Assembly (NCBI GenBank): GCA_019352195.1
Contig: JACAFG010000001.1
Coordinates: 66,485-130,484 of the forward strand
DNA from: Candidatus Saccharimonadota bacterium
GTDB lineage: Bacteria > Patescibacteriota > Saccharimonadia > UBA4664
Direction: 5' to 3'
DNA length: 64,000 nucleotides
The notes under the pieces are model-generated. The model was not told the DNA's origin. It saw nothing but the letters and a program-made list of their open reading frames with translations, and ran no database searches. A program made the position numbers and the translations under genes. Shown here in pieces: positions 37,661 to 47,291 of the stretch (the stretch's first letter is position 1; the number at the start of each line of letters is the position of its first letter).

Positions 37661-38377
37661 CTACAGTGAATCAACAAATCGCGCGAGCGTCGTACGCAAT
37701 TTTGGCGCCGACCACAAGCCTACGATAAACGGCGCCAAGATAGTGAAGTGGCTTTGGAAGCGATAATTTAGCATATCGACGCGGCCACCATGCTCCTTAA
37801 GTGCTTTAGCGAGTAATACCGAAACATGAGGGCGCACAATAGCATCCATCTGGCCGTGTACGAGCAGCGCCGGTACGGGCAGCTGATTGATGAGTTTCGT
37901 CGTCCGCCAGCTTTGTTCGCCCGTTTCTAATATCGGCCGAAGTGACCGAGCCGGATCAAAATCGTAGCCTCCAGCGAGGCCTATAAAACCGTCGATTGCC
38001 CCTGCTTCGCCTATGGCCCTCAGGTACGTGGAATCAAACGCCACCGCGCCTGCAATTTGACCACCCGCCGAGTGTCCCATGGCAACGAGGCGCTTGGGTT
38101 TGAGCCGATGTTTAGCAAATGCCACCGCCAAAGCCGCGTCTTCGGCAAACACGGGCCACACTACTTCGGGATAAAGCCGGTAATTTGGTATTACTACGGT
38201 GTAGCCGAGCCGTACTAAAGCCCTGCCCACATAATGGTAAGATTTTTTATCACCGCGCTGCCACGACCCACCGTGCCAAAATATGATGACCGTCTCGTTA
38301 CTGGCTTTACTCGGTGCATAAACATCGGCCCGTTGACGGGGATGGGGGCCGTAAGCTTGGTTAGTTGTAATCCGCAT
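37661..38377 (-). CDS. alpha/beta hydrolase (carboxylesterase/lipase-like)
   Basis: Oxyanion HGGSW, nucleophile elbow GHSAGG. 238 aa. Confidence 0.75.
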   Translation of the reverse strand: MRITTNQAYGPHPRQRADVYAPSKASNETVIIFWHGGSWQRGDKKSYHYVGRALVRLGYTVVIPNYRLYPEVVWPVFAEDAALAVAFAKHRLKPKRLVAMGHSAGGQIAGAVAFDSTYLRAIGEAGAIDGFIGLAGGYDFDPARSLRPILETGEQSWRTTKLINQLPVPALLVHGQMDAIVRPHVSVLLAKALKEHGGRVDMLNYRFQSHFTILAPFIVGLWSAPKLRTTLARFVDSL

Positions 38378-38654
38378 CTATGTATTTTATCGCTATCTCA
38401 AAACAAAATCGAGTGACCTACGTTGGATTGGGTAAACTTCTGATACATTCCCATTTCAGGCGAGCTCTCCCGCTCCTGGGTTGCGCCGTCTCAGGCTATT
38501 AAGAGCAACCAATCCTTATTTACATATGATGCGATTAACTTGCTTGTCAGCTCATACTGTAGGGTGATGTTAGGGCTTCAGTTTCACCATAACTTCGTAT
38601 AAGCCGCCTCTCAACTATTCTTTGTAAGCTTGCTTTGTAACTAGGGGACCCAAC

Positions 38655-38852
38655 ATGAAAACCACCGATCACCACTTAGCTGCTCTTGAACGTTTAAGTA
38701 AATATCCACAACTCATAATTAATGCCGGCAAATCTACGCCTGCCAAAGCACGCCGGTTATACGTCCATCAGATAGCGTTTTTGGCCAACATCTACGGCGT
38801 TACGGCCACTCAGCTTGAACAGCGGCTTAGCGCTCGTCGTCAATTTATTTAG
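38655..38852 (+). CDS. small hypothetical protein (65 aa)
   Basis: AGGGGA SD 7 nt before ATG 38655. Confidence 0.35.
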   Translation: MKTTDHHLAALERLSKYPQLIINAGKSTPAKARRLYVHQIAFLANIYGVTATQLEQRLSARRQFI

Positions 38853-38881
38853 GCTGCTAATTATTACATGAGGAGACCAAC

Positions 38882-38974
38882 TATGAATCATGCAACTTCC
38901 AAATCGCGCCTGCCTTACAAAATGCGAATGCGACAGCGCTGGCAGCACAAGCACGCCAAGCACCTCGGTAACTA
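38882..38974 (+). CDS. very basic small protein (30 aa), candidate
   Basis: GAGGAG SD 9 nt upstream of the ATG. MNHATSKSRLPYKMRMRQRWQHKHAKHLGN. It is too short for the ORF track. Confidence 0.3.
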
Positions 38975-39053
38975 GCTAATTTCGTTTACGGTACGAGGTA
39001 ATATCAAAGTCATGTCTCAGTTTCGTCTCAACTAAGTACGCTAATATGAGGTC

Positions 39054-39731
39054 ATGAGAGTTTTAATCATCGAAGACGAACACAAGATTGCGGCTGCGCT
39101 CAAGCGCGGCCTCGACCGCGAAGGCTACGCCACCGACCTAGCTTACAACTCGGATGACGGTCTCGATGCAGCCTTAAGCGGCGATTACGAGCTCATTGTG
39201 CTCGATCGCATGCTCCCAGGTTCACTCGAAGGCCTCGAGGTTTGCCAGCAGCTGCGTACTAACAAAATTCATACGCCAATTATTATGCTCACCGCCAAAG
39301 ATAACATCAACGACCGTGTAGCAGGACTGAATGCAGGCGCCGACGACTATTTGGTAAAACCGTTTGCCTTCGAAGAACTGGTCGCACGTATGCGCGCCCT
39401 TATGCGTCGGCCGGGTGAGGCTTTAACGACTGTGTTGACAGCCGGCGATCTCACACTTAACACCACCACCTACGAGGTTCGCCGCGACGGTAAACTTATC
39501 ACCCTATCCAATAAAGAATTTACCCTGCTGCACTACCTTATGCGTCACCAAAACCAAGTCTTATCCAAAAATAACATCATCGCTCACGTCTGGGATTTTG
39601 ACGCCGACATTTTAGACAATACTGTCGAGGTCTACATCGGATACTTGCGTAACAAAATTGACAAGCCGTTTAAGTCTCCCAGTCTTATCCATACCATTCG
39701 TGGGTTCGGCTATCGACTCGGAGCCGAATAA
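39054..39731 (+). CDS. OmpR-family response regulator (paralog of 23700..24377)
   Basis: MRVLIIEDEHKIAAALKRGL…, near-colinear with the first OmpR-type response regulator, including the VEVYIGYLRNKID…IHTIRGFGY C-terminus. Confidence 0.85.
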   Translation: MRVLIIEDEHKIAAALKRGLDREGYATDLAYNSDDGLDAALSGDYELIVLDRMLPGSLEGLEVCQQLRTNKIHTPIIMLTAKDNINDRVAGLNAGADDYLVKPFAFEELVARMRALMRRPGEALTTVLTAGDLTLNTTTYEVRRDGKLITLSNKEFTLLHYLMRHQNQVLSKNNIIAHVWDFDADILDNTVEVYIGYLRNKIDKPFKSPSLIHTIRGFGYRLGAE

Positions 39732-40801
39732 TGAACTGGCTGAGCCACCTGCCAGTTCGCTTGCGCCAGCTATGGGACGACGAACCAGCCGTTCGTCTTG
39801 CTGCGGGATACGCCTTCATTTTGCTTATCTTAAGCTTAATTTTCAGTTTCGTTTTGTATCATTTTGCAGTTGGTCAACTGGCTCGTGGCCTCAATCATCA
39901 ATACCTGGAATATAGGGGGGAAGCTCCTACGGGGCCGTTTGATCCCTCGCATATCCCGACGGGAGTTCAATCGTATCTCGATGATGGCCGTCACAACCTG
40001 ATCCTAAACCTTGTCTATTTCAACGTAGTGATTATTGTTTTGGGTGCCGGCCTCAGCTATTTGCTCGCTAAACGCACCTTCCGTCCCATCGAAGAAGCAT
40101 TAGCCTCTCAGCGCCGCTTCGCTTCCGATGCCTCCCACGAACTGCGGACGCCGTTGGCGGTTATGCAGACTGAAATCGAAATTGCTCGTGCCGATCCCAG
40201 GCTCAGCCGCGACGAGGCCATCGAACTGCTGGGAAGTAACTTAGATGAGGTGAAAAAGCTCCATCAGTTATCAGACAGCTTGTTGCGTCTTGCCCGTTCG
40301 GAAGGCCGAAGCCTCACCCTCACCAACGTGTCGCTGTCGCGCGTCGCCGATGACGCGGTCGATCGGTTAGCTGGCGCCGCCAAAGCTAAACGAATTCAAC
40401 TGATTAATGACACTACGGCTGTGATCGTGTTAGCGGATCATGAAACCTTGGCCGAATTGGCGGCAATATTGCTCGATAATGCTATCAAATACAGCCCGGA
40501 CGGCTCCACGGTTACATTAACCACCGCCGTTCAGGGACACGCCGGCTGGCTCACCATTATCGACCACGGTCCCGGTATTGCCGCCAGCGATCTGCCGCAT
40601 ATTTTCGACCGGTTTTACCGCGCTGACAAATCTCGAACGGGCGGCCAAGCGTCGGGCCATGGGCTCGGCCTTTCACTAGCCAAACATATAGCGGAGCTCA
40701 ATGAAGCCGAAATTGTGGCAACCAGTCAGCTTGGAAAAGGCTCGAGCTTTACGATCAAAGCGCGTCTGGGGGAGGACGAACTTTCTCAGCTGGAAGGGTA
40801 G
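39731..40801 (+). CDS. sensor histidine kinase (paralog of 24374..25435)
   Basis: H-box ASDASHELRTPLAVM, N-box LDNAIKYS, G-boxes DHGPGIA and GHGLGLSLA. Start overlaps the response-regulator stop. Confidence 0.85.
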   Translation: MNWLSHLPVRLRQLWDDEPAVRLAAGYAFILLILSLIFSFVLYHFAVGQLARGLNHQYLEYRGEAPTGPFDPSHIPTGVQSYLDDGRHNLILNLVYFNVVIIVLGAGLSYLLAKRTFRPIEEALASQRRFASDASHELRTPLAVMQTEIEIARADPRLSRDEAIELLGSNLDEVKKLHQLSDSLLRLARSEGRSLTLTNVSLSRVADDAVDRLAGAAKAKRIQLINDTTAVIVLADHETLAELAAILLDNAIKYSPDGSTVTLTTAVQGHAGWLTIIDHGPGIAASDLPHIFDRFYRADKSRTGGQASGHGLGLSLAKHIAELNEAEIVATSQLGKGSSFTIKARLGEDELSQLEG

Positions 40802-40894
40802 CGGCAGGTTACAGTTTCGCCTAAGATTCGCCCCAGCTCAGAAACAGCTCAGTTTTGTAGAGTAGATTCAAACTTACAGGAGTCCAAACCTACT

Positions 40895-41353
40895 ATGAAT
40901 CAAAAACGTGTGATCTCGGCTGTTGCTTTTATCGTCATTGCAATTGGTGCGTTCGTTGGCGGTGTCCAATATCAAAAACACGCCGGTTCCACTATCGCCT
41001 CAGCGGCTAATGCCCGCGGAGGCTTTGGCCCTGGAATTGTCGCCCAACGCGGCGCGCGTGGTGTTTTTGGCACGGTTTCAGCCATTAATGGCACTACCTT
41101 AACGGTAACTAGTGAGCTCGGCACCACTACTACCTACACCGTCAACACATCGGCATCTACCACCTACACCGATGGCACTGGCGCTTCCACCACGGCCAGC
41201 AGCCTCGCTACCGGAGATACGGTAATCGTACAGGGGACTAAGTCTGGTACTACGGTTACAGCCACGGCCATCCGCATCAACCCGGAATTTGGTGGAGGAA
41301 TGGGGGGCGGGCCAACTTCCGGTTCGGCCGATCCTAACGCGTCAACCAACTAA
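40895..41353 (+). CDS. secreted/anchored Thr/Gly-rich protein (DUF5666-like)
   Basis: N-terminal signal-anchor AVAFIVIAIGAFVGGV. Repeated G.TLTVTS…TYTV / GDTVIVQGTKSGTTVTATAIRIN motifs. Confidence 0.5.
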   Translation: MNQKRVISAVAFIVIAIGAFVGGVQYQKHAGSTIASAANARGGFGPGIVAQRGARGVFGTVSAINGTTLTVTSELGTTTTYTVNTSASTTYTDGTGASTTASSLATGDTVIVQGTKSGTTVTATAIRINPEFGGGMGGGPTSGSADPNASTN

Positions 41354-41374
41354 ATAATCTTCCAAATAGAGAAT

Positions 41375-41404
41375 GCCCCGCCGACAAGGTCGGCGGGGCA
41401 TTTC
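41375..41404. terminator. bidirectional intrinsic terminator hairpin GCCCCGCCGAC-aagg-TCGGCGGGGC
   Basis: 10-bp GC stem, followed by ATTTCGG on plus and preceded by an A-rich stretch (TTCCAAATAGAGAAT), giving a T-run on the minus strand. Confidence 0.55.
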
Positions 41405-41417
41405 GGTCTCGGTCGGG

Positions 41418-41978
41418 TCAGGACAGCAGCAGCATCAGCCCAAAGCTGCCGACTCGGTCGACGTAGGGGAGAGCCTCGAAGGTATCAGATAACGCCCAAG
41501 AGTCGCCGAAACTGCCATCGTTACCAATGACTCGGCCACACGAGCGGCCATCGCAGTTGACGCTGGTGGCGATGCTCGGCCGGTCGTCTGCCTCCTCGTC
41601 CGGGCGCTTATTGTAGAACCGGCGGATTAGGTCTGAGAGTTGGGCCAAGGCCAGTTCTTCTCGCAATACGGCATGTGCTTCGGCGAGTCCGTTGCGTTTG
41701 GGCGGGAAGAAATCGAGTTCGATGTCCTCCGTGTTGGAGGAAGCCACACCCATAGGCATGTGGCGGATCGCGATCTCTTCGAATGCATAGCTCATGGCCA
41801 GCTCTCCGGGCAGCCGCCCGTCGATTTCGCGCATGAGGTCGGCAAAGCTTCCCTGAAGCCAAGCCGATAAATCTTTGGTGGCCTGCTGCCGCGTTGTCTG
41901 CGACCCGTTCGCATCCTTCTTCCAAGCGCTGGTGGGGGTGAAATCCTGGGCGGTCATCATAACTACTACTACGGGCAT
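41418..41978 (-). CDS. hypothetical protein, high-GC island, gene 2 of 2
   Basis: 186-aa ORF in about 60% GC DNA. 27-nt gap to the upstream gene on the same strand. Confidence 0.5.
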   Translation of the reverse strand: MPVVVVMMTAQDFTPTSAWKKDANGSQTTRQQATKDLSAWLQGSFADLMREIDGRLPGELAMSYAFEEIAIRHMPMGVASSNTEDIELDFFPPKRNGLAEAHAVLREELALAQLSDLIRRFYNKRPDEEADDRPSIATSVNCDGRSCGRVIGNDGSFGDSWALSDTFEALPYVDRVGSFGLMLLLS

Positions 41979-42005
41979 GACGTGCTCCTAGGGTAGAGGA
42001 TTCGG

Positions 42006-42620
42006 TCAGCTCAAGGTGGTCAAGCTGTTATCACCGGCGAGCCGTGTCAGTGCGTAGGTGAGTTCCGCCGCGGGGCAGTTGTCGTTGGCATACCAGCTGT
42101 TCTTCGGGTGGTCTGCCTCCGACTGCTTGCGAGCGGAGTCGAGCGCACAATTGAAGTCGGCAACGAAGCGCGTCACCAGCATGCGGTCCTGGAGCTCTTT
42201 CTGGCCGCTCCCCCCGGCGAAGGTGCCGTCGAGGAGTGCGGAGAAGCCCCACTTGAAGTAACGATCCGGAATGGTGCGCTTCATGGTATAGACCGCGATA
42301 CCGGCCTCCTGGCCGTGGTCACGGTGTATCACCACCTTGGCGAGAGCGTTCACTAGCAGCCCGTCACCGTTGTTGCCCACGGCGATGGTCGCCAGAATGC
42401 AGTCGGTGCTTGGCCGCCAGTTCGGTGCGGCCGGATCGAGGATTACCATCCCGAAGGAGTCGCTCAGGTACTCGCCCGATTCGTAGCCCCGCCGCACTTC
42501 GTTGTCGAGTTGCCGCCCCATCTCGTAGACCAGCTTGGCCAGTTCGCCGGGAGGGAACGTGTCGTTCCAATTGCCAGCGCTGACGCGGACTCGCGGAGCC
42601 ATGCGAGTGGGAATGGTCAT
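42006..42620 (-). CDS. hypothetical protein, high-GC island, gene 1 of 2
   Basis: 204-aa ORF. No TM, no recognised motif. An A/T-rich 160-nt promoter-like region lies upstream (42621-42783). Confidence 0.5.
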   Translation of the reverse strand: MTIPTRMAPRVRVSAGNWNDTFPPGELAKLVYEMGRQLDNEVRRGYESGEYLSDSFGMVILDPAAPNWRPSTDCILATIAVGNNGDGLLVNALAKVVIHRDHGQEAGIAVYTMKRTIPDRYFKWGFSALLDGTFAGGSGQKELQDRMLVTRFVADFNCALDSARKQSEADHPKNSWYANDNCPAAELTYALTRLAGDNSLTTLS

Positions 42621-42783
42621 TTTCTAGCCTTTCGTCAGAGGTGTACAGCGAACCAAAAGCGAACCTCGTTTCTAGATCGCTGCACGCCGCTCGAAAGGTT
42701 AATGCAAAAAAACCGTCGGCTCAAAACCGAATTGGCTCATAATAGCATAAAAAGTAACAAAAGTCAAAGAACTTAAGCTAATT

Positions 42784-43833
42784 TTAGCCAAATATGAGGT
42801 TGGCCGCCTGGGCGCGCACCTCGTTGATGCCGTCGCGCGTGCCAGGCCGGTCAGGATACGTTCGGTTACTCAGTAGTACCATGGCCTTATTTTGATCCGG
42901 ATCAATCAGAACTAATGAGCCCGTGAAGCCGGTTTTGCCAAATCCATTGGTGCTCATTTTAGTGCCCATGAAACGTTCCTGGCCCATCTCCCAGCCCAAC
43001 CCGGCGGCTTGGCCGATACCAGCCAGCTGATTGGTGTGCATGGCGGCGATTGTCGCCGTATCAAAGTAGCGCTGGTCATTTAACTCACCGCCACCGAGCA
43101 ACATGTCGCAAAACGTTAGTAAATCACCGGCGGTTGAAAAGACGCCAGCATTGCCGGCAATAAGGCCGCTTTCACGTAGTGCCCAAGCTGTCTCGTCGTG
43201 CACTTGTCCGACAATTTCGCCGCGGTCGGTAATTTCGGTGGGTGCAATGTCGCGCTTACCCAATTTTTCGGCGTGAAAAGTAGTGGAAGTCATACCGAGC
43301 GGCTCGAAAAAGCGTTCGGTGGCCACTTGGTCGAGAGGTTTGCCAAGCACCCGCTCAATGATGAGGCCCAGCAAAATGGCCGGCGCGTTGGTGTAAAAAT
43401 AAATTGTTCCGGGAGCAGCCTTCAGCGGCGAATGAAATAGTACGTCATAAACTGCTGAGCTGCCTTTCTTAGCTGTCGCTCCCAAGCCTTCGGCTAGATC
43501 ATATACCACCGTGTAGGTCATGAGGTGACGAATTAGCATAGTCTCGCGGTACTCATTATCAATTTCCGGCAGATACAAAATTACCTTATCATCAAGTGAA
43601 ATACGCCCCTGTTCAACGAGCTGCATAATGAGCGCATTAACCGGAATACTCTTGGTTACCGAGGCGACGTCGTACACGGTCTCAGCAGTTACCGCCGGCG
43701 ACGATGGGTCGTAAGTGAGGTGTCCGCGACTAATAACTGTGCGCTTCCCGGCATCACTAAAGCCTAGCACGGCGCCCGGAAAGACGTTGGCTAAAATTGC
43801 GCTGTTCAAAATAGCGGTTAGATCGTTGTTCAT
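42784..43833 (-). CDS. serine hydrolase, beta-lactamase (class C / PBP4-like) family
   Basis: SxxK ASVTKS, YxN-like YTN. 349 aa. Confidence 0.75.
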   Translation of the reverse strand: MNNDLTAILNSAILANVFPGAVLGFSDAGKRTVISRGHLTYDPSSPAVTAETVYDVASVTKSIPVNALIMQLVEQGRISLDDKVILYLPEIDNEYRETMLIRHLMTYTVVYDLAEGLGATAKKGSSAVYDVLFHSPLKAAPGTIYFYTNAPAILLGLIIERVLGKPLDQVATERFFEPLGMTSTTFHAEKLGKRDIAPTEITDRGEIVGQVHDETAWALRESGLIAGNAGVFSTAGDLLTFCDMLLGGGELNDQRYFDTATIAAMHTNQLAGIGQAAGLGWEMGQERFMGTKMSTNGFGKTGFTGSLVLIDPDQNKAMVLLSNRTYPDRPGTRDGINEVRAQAANLIFG

Positions 43834-43871
43834 GGGCTTAGTATAATACCCGTATAACGTTTGGGGGAAAA

Positions 43872-44153
43872 ATGTGTCGCAACATCAAGCCGCTGTATAA
43901 CTTTGATCCGCCCGCCACGGGTGACGAAATTGAGGCCGCCGCACTCCAGTTTGTGCGCAAGATTTCTGGTTTTAATGCGCCGTCGGCTGCCAATGAAGCG
44001 GCTTTTAATGCGGCCGTTCACGACATTGCCCACATCGCCGGTCATTTGCTAACGGATCTCGTAACTTCGGCCGCGCCTAAAGACCGCGCAACCGTCGCAG
44101 CGCAGCATCGCGCGCGTATCGCCAAACGTTTCCCCGAGCCTTACGCTGATTAA
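43872..44153 (+). CDS. DUF2277 family protein
   Basis: N-terminus MCRNIKPLYNFDPPAT is the hallmark start of DUF2277 proteins. Confidence 0.6.
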   Translation: MCRNIKPLYNFDPPATGDEIEAAALQFVRKISGFNAPSAANEAAFNAAVHDIAHIAGHLLTDLVTSAAPKDRATVAAQHRARIAKRFPEPYAD

Positions 44154-44444
44154 CATGACGATCCCCCGCCGCAAGGTTCTGCGACGGGGGACTATGGTCC
44201 GAGGCGCTTCACTCGCCCGCGACCGTTGATAGCCTACGATATGGCTATGCTTAAAGCCTTCAAAATCTTCAGCACCGTTGGCTAAAACTCCGTTCTCAGC
44301 TTCGAACCCAAGCGGGCTGCCGGCCGCAAAAATCCGCCACACCACTGCGATGCCGATAACCGCGGTCAGCCCGGCCATCGCCAGCAGCCCACTACGTGAG
44401 ATCTCGCGGCGAGCACGCATTGGACGGGATGTGACCTTGTTCAT
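44049..44444 (-). CDS. possible membrane-anchored small protein (overlaps the 3' end of the DUF2277 gene)
   Basis: TM LLAMAGLTAVIGIAVVW. TATAAT upstream. The 105-nt antiparallel overlap makes this doubtful. Confidence 0.25.
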   Translation of the reverse strand: MNKVTSRPMRARREISRSGLLAMAGLTAVIGIAVVWRIFAAGSPLGFEAENGVLANGAEDFEGFKHSHIVGYQRSRASEAPRTIVPRRRTLRRGIVMLISVRLGETFGDTRAMLRCDGCAVFRRGRSYEIR

Positions 44445-44535
44445 AATGCTTATGATTATATAATAGAACAATTTAAGCAAGTTAGCCCCAGCTTCCGGGC
44501 GGGCGTATAGTTATGCCATAACGAGAAAGATAGAT

Positions 44536-44910
44536 ATGAAGCACCAAGTTGTTACCGCTAATACCAAATCTGCCCACCTACTGTCTCAGGGCATTAGTGC
44601 TGGTGGTTTTATCTTTGTTTCGGGCCAAGTTCATGCCGGATCAGATATGGTCCTAAGCCAGGGCACAACTGCCGATAAAGTAGAACTAATTATGAAAAAT
44701 ATTGCCGAGGTGCTGACAGCAGCGGGCGCGCGCTTGGATGATATCGTCAAAGTGATCATTTATGTCACCGACATGGCACTTATGCCCGAGATCAACGCGG
44801 TGTATCCAACTTATTTTCAAGATTCACTACCGGTCCGTGAAGCTGTCTGTGTAGCTGCTTTGCCCCTGGGAGCATCAATCGAAATGAGCGTCATAGCGGT
44901 TCAAAACTAG
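44536..44910 (+). CDS. ridA: RidA/YjgF family reactive-intermediate (enamine/imine) deaminase
   Basis: 124 aa. DDIVKVIIYVTDMA and C-terminal SIEMSVIAV match the RidA signature. Confidence 0.75.
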   Translation: MKHQVVTANTKSAHLLSQGISAGGFIFVSGQVHAGSDMVLSQGTTADKVELIMKNIAEVLTAAGARLDDIVKVIIYVTDMALMPEINAVYPTYFQDSLPVREAVCVAALPLGASIEMSVIAVQN

Positions 44911-45043
44911 CCACCGTTGAGCGATTATCAGACCTGCCAGAGTTAAGATCTTGAACGTTGCCATTTATCACCTCTTGTCACAAAACCAAGCGGTGATCAA
45001 ACTGACGCAAGACAAAACCCTCACCGAAGTGAGAGTTTTATCT

Positions 45044-45118
45044 TGGTAGTCCCACGGGGAATCGAACCCCGGTTACCAGGATGAAAACCTGGCGTCCTAA
45101 CCGTTAGACGATGGGACC
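45044..45118 (-). tRNA. tRNA-Glu (anticodon TTC)
   Basis: RC reads GGTCCCATCGTCTAACGGTTAGGACGCCAGGTTTTCATCCTGGTAACCGGGGTTCGATTCCCCGTGGGACTACCA, with anticodon loop TTTTCAT. 75 nt. Confidence 0.85.
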
Positions 45119-45273
45119 ATATGAAGTTGAGAGCCTATTTGGAGAAATCCCAATTGGCCATAGAACCGCTCAATGCTATCATTTATAAGCTCAAAACTCA
45201 ATAAACTAGCCTCACGCTCACGGCTAAGCTAAAATGATATGAGATTATTACGCATTTAACACCAAAGGATACT

Positions 45274-46680
45274 ATGCTCGCAGCCTCATTTAAACGCACC
45301 AAAATTGTCGCCACCATTGGACCTGCGTCCAGTTCTGTCGACGTCCTCGAAGAATTGTTACTGGCGGGCGTCAACATGTTTCGCCTCAATTTTTCGCACG
45401 GCACCCACGAAGAGCATGGCGCCGTCATTAAACTGGCCCGTGATTTGTCGAAAAAGCACGACAAGCCAGTTGCCATCCTCGCCGATATTCAGGGACCAAA
45501 AATTCGCGTCGGCTCGCTCCCGGGCGACGGCGTACCGTTTGTACGTGGGCACATTGTCCACTTTCAGTTTGGCGCCGTTTATGACGAAACGGGCGTTATT
45601 CCAGTTCAGCACGACGTTAGCAAATACCTCAAAATTGGCGAACGTATTTATTTGCGCGACGGCCAAATTCAAGTTGAGGTAAAGAAAATTGAGAAGTCGC
45701 TCATTAGCGGCGAAATTCTTAACCCGGGCCTACTCTTCTCCAACCAGGGCATGAACCTCCCCGATACCGACTTAGGTGGCGAAATTCTCACCCCTAAGGA
45801 CGTGGCTGACATCGAGTTTGCCGCTCATGCGGACACGGATTACATCGCGCTAAGCTTTGTCCAAACACCCACCGACATCAATAATCTTCGAGCGCGCATC
45901 AAGAAATTGGGGGGCGATCAGCTCATTATCGCAAAAATTGAGACCAAGGCCGCCGTTGATAACCTGGACGCCATCGTTGCGGCCACCGATGCGGTTATGG
46001 TTGCCCGTGGCGACCTGGCTATTGAAACTAAGCCCGAGGCCGTACCGTCCACCCAGCGCCGCATGATTGAACTCGCTCGCCAAGGCCGCAAGCCGGTGAT
46101 TGTAGCCACGCAGATGCTCGAAAGCATGATCCAAACGCCGCAGCCAACGCGCGCCGAAGTCTCCGATGTAGCGACCGCCGTGCTTGAAGGTGCCGATGCC
46201 GTTATGCTCAGTGGCGAAACTGCCATGGGTCTGTTCCCAGTTGATACCGTCAAAATGATGAAGCGCATCATTTTATACACCGAGCAAGACGACCACACCG
46301 AGTTCCGCGCCCCGGAAATTGCTCATAACAGCGTCAACGCCATTTCGGCTGCCGCCGTAGTGCTAGCTAAGCAACTTCCTGCCAAGGTGATTATCGCCGA
46401 AACTGCTACCGGCCAAACGGCTCGCAACGTCTCAGCCCTGCGCCCGGGCGTGCCCATCATTATGGTCACCAATAATCGCCGCGCCTATTTCCAGATGGCC
46501 ATCATCTGGGGCGGCAAGAGTTACTATTTCGACAAGCCCGCCGAAGCCACCGAGCACGTTATCCAGCAGCTGCGTTCTGCCGGCAACGTCGTGATTGGCG
46601 ACGCGCTGGTGATTGCTTCCGGCCACCAACCCGGCATCACCGGTGGCACCAACACCGTTTCTGTCCAAATAGTTCAGTAA
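45274..46680 (+). CDS. pyk: pyruvate kinase
   Basis: KIVATIGPAS…MFRLNFSHG… ADIQGPKIR… MVARGDLA. 468 aa. Confidence 0.9.
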   Translation: MLAASFKRTKIVATIGPASSSVDVLEELLLAGVNMFRLNFSHGTHEEHGAVIKLARDLSKKHDKPVAILADIQGPKIRVGSLPGDGVPFVRGHIVHFQFGAVYDETGVIPVQHDVSKYLKIGERIYLRDGQIQVEVKKIEKSLISGEILNPGLLFSNQGMNLPDTDLGGEILTPKDVADIEFAAHADTDYIALSFVQTPTDINNLRARIKKLGGDQLIIAKIETKAAVDNLDAIVAATDAVMVARGDLAIETKPEAVPSTQRRMIELARQGRKPVIVATQMLESMIQTPQPTRAEVSDVATAVLEGADAVMLSGETAMGLFPVDTVKMMKRIILYTEQDDHTEFRAPEIAHNSVNAISAAAVVLAKQLPAKVIIAETATGQTARNVSALRPGVPIIMVTNNRRAYFQMAIIWGGKSYYFDKPAEATEHVIQQLRSAGNVVIGDALVIASGHQPGITGGTNTVSVQIVQ

Positions 46681-46698
46681 CAAGCTCTCAACAGCATA

Positions 46699-46728
46699 AA
46701 GCCCCCAGTCAACTTCGACTGGGGGCTT
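46699..46728. terminator. terminator hairpin AAGCCCCCAGTC-aacttc-GACTGGGGGCTT after pyk
   Basis: 10-bp GC-rich stem 19 nt after the pyk stop. Confidence 0.5.
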
Positions 46729-46764
46729 CGGCGTTGGTACGCCGTGCGGGCAGATCTGGGTCGG

Positions 46765-47148
46765 TTAGAACCGACTCGGCCAGGCCGACCGGCGATCGCG
46801 GACGACCGCCAGAACCCGGTCTTCCCAGGCGGCCTGCACTAAGGCGGCTGCGTCTGGGTCCATCTCGTAGCGGAGGCGAAGCCGGCGGTGGAACCGCGGC
46901 AGCGGAATGTTGGTCACCCCGCGGTGGAAGTTCCATACGGCAGTGCCCATCAGGGCTTTGAGCATATCGGCGTTGCGCTCGTCGCTGCCTTTGGGCGTCA
47001 GCGTCCCGATTTCATACGGACCCGCGGGGGTCTGCCAGCGGGCCCAGATCACCAGATCCCGGCCGTTGGCCATATGCAACGACCAATGCTCGCCGATTTC
47101 GACACTGAACCGACCGGTGTGCTCGTTGTAGCGGTACTTCACGTACAT
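46765..47148 (-). CDS. hypothetical protein in a high-GC insert between pyk and pgk
   Basis: 127-aa ORF, about 65% GC, on the strand opposite the glycolytic genes. Confidence 0.4.
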   Translation of the reverse strand: MYVKYRYNEHTGRFSVEIGEHWSLHMANGRDLVIWARWQTPAGPYEIGTLTPKGSDERNADMLKALMGTAVWNFHRGVTNIPLPRFHRRLRLRYEMDPDAAALVQAAWEDRVLAVVRDRRSAWPSRF

Positions 47149-47291
47149 GACTACTCCTCGGGTTGTCGTGAAAGATGTATAGATACATTACCACTTTTTG
47201 ACACGTTAGTCAACTATCAGTCTCGTCAAACCCTTTGAACATGGGCGGCCCTAATACTCTGGGTTACAATGAGATTAAATCAGGAGCTACT

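Noticed and set aside
38378-38654. ATAACTTCGTATAA, identical to a loxP arm, in a 277-nt non-coding stretch
   Set aside because: Only one 13-bp arm is present. There is no inverted partner or 8-bp spacer context, so it is a chance match.
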